Shown here: positions 59,817 through 64,000 of the stretch, in pieces | Layout of the letters: each line of letters starts with the position of its first letter | Position numbering within the stretch: position 1 is the stretch's first letter | NCBI GenBank assembly: GCA_964645795.1 | Contig: CAZYCL010000007.1 | Location: forward strand, 26,896-90,895 | DNA length: 64,000 bases | Direction of reading: 5' to 3' | Origin: an uncultured Planctomycetales bacterium | GTDB lineage: Bacteria > Omnitrophota > Gorgyraeia > Gygaellales > Profunditerraquicolaceae | Translations under genes and position numbers: made by a program | The notes under the pieces: model-generated | What the model was told of the DNA's origin: nothing | The model's database searches: none | Seen by the model: only the letters and a program-made list of their open reading frames with translations

Positions 59817-60913
59817 TGCTTAACCCCCTTTTTATAAAAAGGCTTCCTGACAACAACAGCCGGTATTTCGCTTGAGCCGTCGGTGACGATGACCCTGTCA
59901 CCTTCGGCAAGCTCAATGCTGACATACCCCATACCTATGCCTGTCGAAAGGCTGGGCGAAAAAGAACCGCTGGTAACCTTACCTATGGACCTGGAGCCTG
60001 AGCGGATATCAAAGCCGTGGCGGGGTGAACGCCTGGACTCCGCCTTAAAAAAGATCATGTGCCGGCCAACGCCCTCCTTTATCTGCTCGACAAGGGAGGT
60101 CTTGCCGATGAAATCCTTGGAAAAATCCAGGAACCTGGCAAGCCCTGCTTCCAACGGGGTATGCTCTCGGTCAATATCCTGACCGTATAAAGGATATCCC
60201 ATCTCCAGCCGCAGGGTATCGCGGCAGCCAAGTCCGGCTGGCTTTACCTGGCCGCCCTCCAGGAGATTATCCCAAAGCCTCAGGCCTGCGGCATTGGAAG
60301 AATAGATCTCAAAACCCATCTCGCCGGTATAACCGGTGCGGCTTATTATGACATCCTCGCCCAGCAATGCAAACTTGCCAAAACCATAGTACTTGAGCTT
60401 TTGCGTATCCGGACCCGCCAACTCCTTTATAACCGACAGGGATAGCGGGCCCTGCAGATCAAGCTTGGCCGTAGCATCTGAAATATTTCGCAAGGCAGCG
60501 CCCGGCTTCAGGTTTTGCCTAAGATGCCCTTCATCCGAAGAGATCGTAGCGGCATTGACTACCAGCATCCAGGATTTCTCCTCTAACCGATAGACCACCA
60601 AATCATCTATCACCGTTGCCTCGGGCGTCAACATAAAACCATAACGGCAGGTGCCCAAAGGCATGCCGACTATATCCTGGGTCACGATGCGATCCAGGCC
60701 GCTTTCTTGGGCATCGGCCTCAAGCATAAACTCTCCCATATGGCAGATATCGAAGACCGAAGCCTTAGTGCGGGTATGCGCGTGCTCCGCAAGAATGCCC
60801 TCATATTGAATAGGCATGAGCCATCCGCCGAAAGGGGCGAGCTTCGCGCCCAAAGACAGGTGTTTTTGGTAAAGGGGGGTTTTACGCAGGGGCTGGCAGT
60901 CCTGGGTTTCCAT
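59813..60913 (-). CDS. gcvT: glycine cleavage system T protein (aminomethyltransferase)
   Basis: 366 aa with the GcvT fold and an N-terminus typical of aminomethyltransferase (TPLYQKHLSLGAKLAPFGGWLMPIQY). Confidence 0.9.
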   Translation of the reverse strand: METQDCQPLRKTPLYQKHLSLGAKLAPFGGWLMPIQYEGILAEHAHTRTKASVFDICHMGEFMLEADAQESGLDRIVTQDIVGMPLGTCRYGFMLTPEATVIDDLVVYRLEEKSWMLVVNAATISSDEGHLRQNLKPGAALRNISDATAKLDLQGPLSLSVIKELAGPDTQKLKYYGFGKFALLGEDVIISRTGYTGEMGFEIYSSNAAGLRLWDNLLEGGQVKPAGLGCRDTLRLEMGYPLYGQDIDREHTPLEAGLARFLDFSKDFIGKTSLVEQIKEGVGRHMIFFKAESRRSPRHGFDIRSGSRSIGKVTSGSFSPSLSTGIGMGYVSIELAEGDRVIVTDGSSEIPAVVVRKPFYKKGVKQ

Positions 60914-60920
60914 ATCTTAG

Positions 60921-61658
60921 TTATTTTTTGCCTATAACTTTATCTTTTACCGGATATTTGCCGCAACAGAACTTTTCGCCTTCCGGACAGTACCCAAGCT
61001 CCAGGCACTTTGCCCCGGCTGCCCAGAAAACCGCAGGAAGCTTGGCTTTGCAGACCTTAAGCATCTCCTCGGCAAGCCTGCGTATCTCCCACTGCGCCCG
61101 CGCGCAACAGCGGTGCTTAAAGAAGTGCAGGAGCTCGCGGCAGTTCATGGTGACGACGATCTTGGTCTCGGCTGCCTGGGGGAGCACGAATCGCGCGTCC
61201 TGCTGAGCGGCCTCGCCGCTCGAACCGTATTTGGCCATAAAACCCAGGAGCCGGGTATAGCCTTCCTGGATTCGGCGCATCAGCCCCTCAAACTCCTTTT
61301 GGGCTTCGGGATCACGTTCGAGCGAGGGAGGGATAATATAATCAAAATCCTTCTCTTTAACGTAGCGCTGGCTCTGCTGGGAGTAAGATGCCAGGCGGTG
61401 CCTGACCAACTGGTGGGTAAGCGCGCGGGATACCCCCTCTATCGCGAAGGTGAACTTTACGTGCTCCAGGGGGCTTTCGTGGCCGGAAGAGACGACATGC
61501 CTTACAAAATCCTCCTGCTTTGCCGGATCGTGCTCAGTTGAAGCCAGGATATCCGCGGCGAACTTTTCGCTGTAGCACTGACGGCAGGCAGCATAGATGA
61601 CCGCGACGGCATTCTCGCTTACTTCCAGCAGTTTTAAATTAAGGCTTACTTTGGGCAT
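60921..61658 (-). CDS. thyX: FAD-dependent thymidylate synthase ThyX
   Basis: 245 aa with the ThyX motif RHRxxSxxxxSxR (VRHRLASYSQQSQRY). It ends 7 nt before the gcvT start. Confidence 0.9.
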   Translation of the reverse strand: MPKVSLNLKLLEVSENAVAVIYAACRQCYSEKFAADILASTEHDPAKQEDFVRHVVSSGHESPLEHVKFTFAIEGVSRALTHQLVRHRLASYSQQSQRYVKEKDFDYIIPPSLERDPEAQKEFEGLMRRIQEGYTRLLGFMAKYGSSGEAAQQDARFVLPQAAETKIVVTMNCRELLHFFKHRCCARAQWEIRRLAEEMLKVCKAKLPAVFWAAGAKCLELGYCPEGEKFCCGKYPVKDKVIGKK

Positions 61659-61667
61659 TTGGACGGA

Positions 61668-62702
61668 TTAACGGACAAATAACAACAATAAGAAATAGGC
61701 CAACATTACTATAAGCCCCAGCGGCAGACCGAACCTGGCCCACTCGGAGCTTTTGATCTTCAGCTTTCCGGCCGCAATGATATTGGGGATATTGCCGGGT
61801 ATAAGCATGCCTCCCGCTATCAATAGGCCGATGACCGCCGACTTTATCTGCACTATCCCCATGCTCGGGCCTATCTCTGCCGCGGCAAGGGTAGCGTTAT
61901 CAAGGACAGCCGAGACGATATTCAGCCAGTAAAGCCCCTGATACGGTATCTTCGATATATAGGCGTCGATGATGGGCTTAAAACCTTTGCCCAGAAAGAT
62001 CAGGGCCATTACGAACAAATAGACCTTGCCTGCCCTGATCACGACCTCCTTGACTTTCTCATCCTTACAGACGCCGATAGTATCTCCTTCCAGGCGCTTG
62101 GCCGGCATAAGCAGGGCCCCAAGCAGGCTGAAGAACGCCACGCCCGGTATAACGAAAATCCAAAGATGGTGGAACAAAAAGAAAAAGCCCGCGTTATAAG
62201 GATCGCATTTGAGCTTGGCGATGACAATGGTCGACAAGGGCTCTCCGATAGGCGTCAGGGCCGCGCCCATGCCGATAGAATAACAGGCCAGCACCACTAT
62301 CTTCAGCTCCAGCTTTCTCTCAAGGATAAGGCAGTTTATTATTCCCACCAGCACCAGCGCCGCAATGATCGCGGTTATGACGCTGGACAACAGCCCCAGG
62401 ACCGAGATCGCCAGAAAAACGAAAAGCTTAAGACCTATTGCATCCGCGAACCTGTTGACGTTATGGGTTATCTGTCTTTGAAAACGGTGAAAGAGAAAAC
62501 CCGCGGCCAGGACCGCCAGGGTTATTTTTACCGGCTCCAGCAGCGCTTCCTCTATCAGATGCAGGCTCCACTGGCTGGTTATAGTGACTGCCGCGCAGCC
62601 CATCACAAAGAGAAAGATCTCCAGCTCCTCTTCGACCTTTTTTATCAGGAAAGGGGCAAGTAATACCGTTGCTAGAATGAGGAATAGACCGGCAAACACC
62701 AT
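61668..62702 (-). CDS. hypothetical polytopic membrane protein (first gene of the thyX-gcv operon)
   Basis: 344 aa with about 9-10 predicted TM helices and no catalytic motifs recognised. It ends 9 nt before thyX. Confidence 0.5.
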   Translation of the reverse strand: MVFAGLFLILATVLLAPFLIKKVEEELEIFLFVMGCAAVTITSQWSLHLIEEALLEPVKITLAVLAAGFLFHRFQRQITHNVNRFADAIGLKLFVFLAISVLGLLSSVITAIIAALVLVGIINCLILERKLELKIVVLACYSIGMGAALTPIGEPLSTIVIAKLKCDPYNAGFFFLFHHLWIFVIPGVAFFSLLGALLMPAKRLEGDTIGVCKDEKVKEVVIRAGKVYLFVMALIFLGKGFKPIIDAYISKIPYQGLYWLNIVSAVLDNATLAAAEIGPSMGIVQIKSAVIGLLIAGGMLIPGNIPNIIAAGKLKIKSSEWARFGLPLGLIVMLAYFLLLLFVR

Positions 62703-62814
62703 ATTTTACCCTCCGTAAAGTTGAACTGCCTGATAAGCCCTGAAAGCGGGACAGCTTGGCGTGGACAAAACATCATTATTATAAGATATTTTTTTATTTT
62801 ATGGTATAAAAATA

Positions 62815-63780
62815 TTAAAATTTTACTGCGGATGCAGGGAAGCTCCCGCGCAGGATGCGCCTGAAAACATCCTTTATATAAATGCCTATAGGCGCATGGT
62901 ATTTTATGCAGTTTTTGCAGAGCGAAAACGAATCCAGAGAAGCCAAAAAGGCTTTTTGCCTGAATGAGACGGCCTTCTCGCCGCTCCAGACCAAAGGCAG
63001 CTCCTGGTCTATGATGCTGCCGATTAGAATACTATGGTTAGCGTCAAAACAACACGGGCTTACGTCGCCGTTAGAAAAGATCACCATCTCCTCAAGCGGC
63101 ATCCCGCAGCGCCTCCTTACGCAAAGCCCGTGTTTTTTCTGGATAACGGAACTCTCGGTTACCTGGCCGGCCCAGTCGTGAGAGACAGCCGAACGGACCG
63201 AAGCGCCTTTTACGCCTCGCAGCTTCTTCTTCCAGAAATCCAGGAAGGCCCCTGAGCCTCTTTTGTTCTTCCTGGTAATAATGCAGCCCACGTGAAACTC
63301 CGGGAGAGCGCTGTTGTTTTCATTTTTCAACTTTATAAGGTAATCGATGTTGGCGTGGGCCCTGTCAAAGCCTGCGCCGCGCTGGTACGCGTAGGCCTGC
63401 TGCTCCAGCGCGTCCGTCCAAATACCCAGCTCCACGTTATAAGGCCTGGGGCTGACCAGCCGCTTGATCATGGCCGGATCAAGTGAGCTAAAGTTAGTGC
63501 TGATCCAGGCCTTGCGCTTGAGCTTTAAATCAATGTAATCAAGGGCGTCGAATATCTTATTATACAAAAAAGGCTCTCCGAAAACATGGAGCCGCAGGGT
63601 AAGCTCGGCTTCGGCGGGGATCCAGACGCGGATCTGATCAATGATCTTTTTGAAGACCGCAAAATCCATATCCAGGGCAGGATAGACAGAGCCCCTGACA
63701 GGGCATATGCGGCATGCATAATTGCAGCGATTGGTCAATTCAATGGAGATCTTTGAGGGATAGGCGCGCGGCATAGGCAA
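62815..63780 (-). CDS. radical SAM protein with Cys-rich C-terminal (SPASM/twitch-like) region, paralogue of 58389-59420
   Basis: 321 aa with CxxxCxxC (CNYACRIC) and C-terminal CC...C...C cysteines. It shares the block order (IE...C3 motif...MDF..FKKII...GEPFL) with the gcv-embedded radical SAM. Confidence 0.75.
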   Translation of the reverse strand: MPMPRAYPSKISIELTNRCNYACRICPVRGSVYPALDMDFAVFKKIIDQIRVWIPAEAELTLRLHVFGEPFLYNKIFDALDYIDLKLKRKAWISTNFSSLDPAMIKRLVSPRPYNVELGIWTDALEQQAYAYQRGAGFDRAHANIDYLIKLKNENNSALPEFHVGCIITRKNKRGSGAFLDFWKKKLRGVKGASVRSAVSHDWAGQVTESSVIQKKHGLCVRRRCGMPLEEMVIFSNGDVSPCCFDANHSILIGSIIDQELPLVWSGEKAVSFRQKAFLASLDSFSLCKNCIKYHAPIGIYIKDVFRRILRGSFPASAVKF

Positions 63781-63825
63781 AGATGCCGGGGGCAGGTCGC
63801 TGCCCCCGGCATAAAACCAGTGTTA

Positions 63826-64000
63826 TTTCTTCTCAAGCCTGCCCGGGCCTCTTGCCCCGCAGCTTCTCTGCTCTCCCATAAGCGTCAGAAACTTACCGAA
63901 CTGCTCCGCCGAAAGGATACCCCTGATCTCCAGAACAGACTTCAACCGTTCATCCGTAAGCTCTGCGTTAGCGGCCTTAAGCTTTGCCTGCACGGCATCG
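63826..64000 (-). CDS. C-terminal fragment of a Spy/CpxP-like periplasmic protein (gene continues beyond window)
   Basis: The minus-strand translation reads ...AKLKAANAELTDERLKSVLEIRGILSAEQFGKFLTLMGEQR..., helical with LTxxQ-like repeats. Only about 58 aa are visible. Confidence 0.35.

Noticed and set aside
60914-60920. Looked for a glycine riboswitch upstream of gcvT.
   Set aside because: Only 7 nt separate the thyX stop from the gcvT start, so there is no room for an aptamer. Regulation must be upstream of the membrane-protein gene.

Overview
About 64 kb of chromosomal DNA, roughly 55-58% GC, from a diderm-type bacterium (it has an outer-membrane beta-barrel protein, a dcw cluster and an OM lipoprotein). 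The metabolism looks anaerobic: indolepyruvate:ferredoxin oxidoreductase, phenylacetate-CoA ligases, ThyX, and many radical SAM enzymes. Nearly every gene is on the minus strand and the genes are tightly packed. Contents in order along the window: (1) the division/cell-wall cluster murG(partial)-ftsW-murD-mraY-murF-murE-ftsI-ftsL-rsmH-mraZ, with an MraZ-type operator and promoter. (2) ribF-nrnA-rbfA-DUF503-CCA enzyme-xerD-MBL hydrolase-lipoprotein-ligA-acyP-SGNH hydrolase. (3) A tRNA-Pro(CGG) with a duplicated 3'-end fragment nearby, and a palindrome-dense 365-bp spacer. (4) The riboflavin operon ribBA-ribH-nusB-PHP-ribD-ribE, led by an FMN riboswitch and a consensus sigma70 promoter. (5) A GT2 glycosyltransferase, pncC-like/thpR, and pgpA-pgsA-rimO-rodZ-ftsK-pnp-rpsO. 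(6) An aryl-2-oxoacid fermentation locus, iorA-iorB-paaK-ACT-paaK-ACT-amidohydrolase, followed by an OM barrel and a Na+/solute symporter with a small partner ORF. (7) An MCP, an orphan ABC substrate-binding protein, a MerR-like regulator, and metG. (8) An 11-gene operon: membrane protein-thyX-gcvT-gcvH-radical SAM-gcvPA-B12/radical SAM-gcvPB-lplA-like-lipA-metallophosphoesterase, plus a third paralogous radical SAM just upstream. I found no prophage, IS element, CRISPR array or recognisable defence island. The features I consider most novel are: the radical-SAM-interleaved glycine-cleavage/lipoylation/thyX operon; a PHP phosphoesterase embedded in the rib operon; and the palindromic element between the Cys-rich MerR-like gene and metG.
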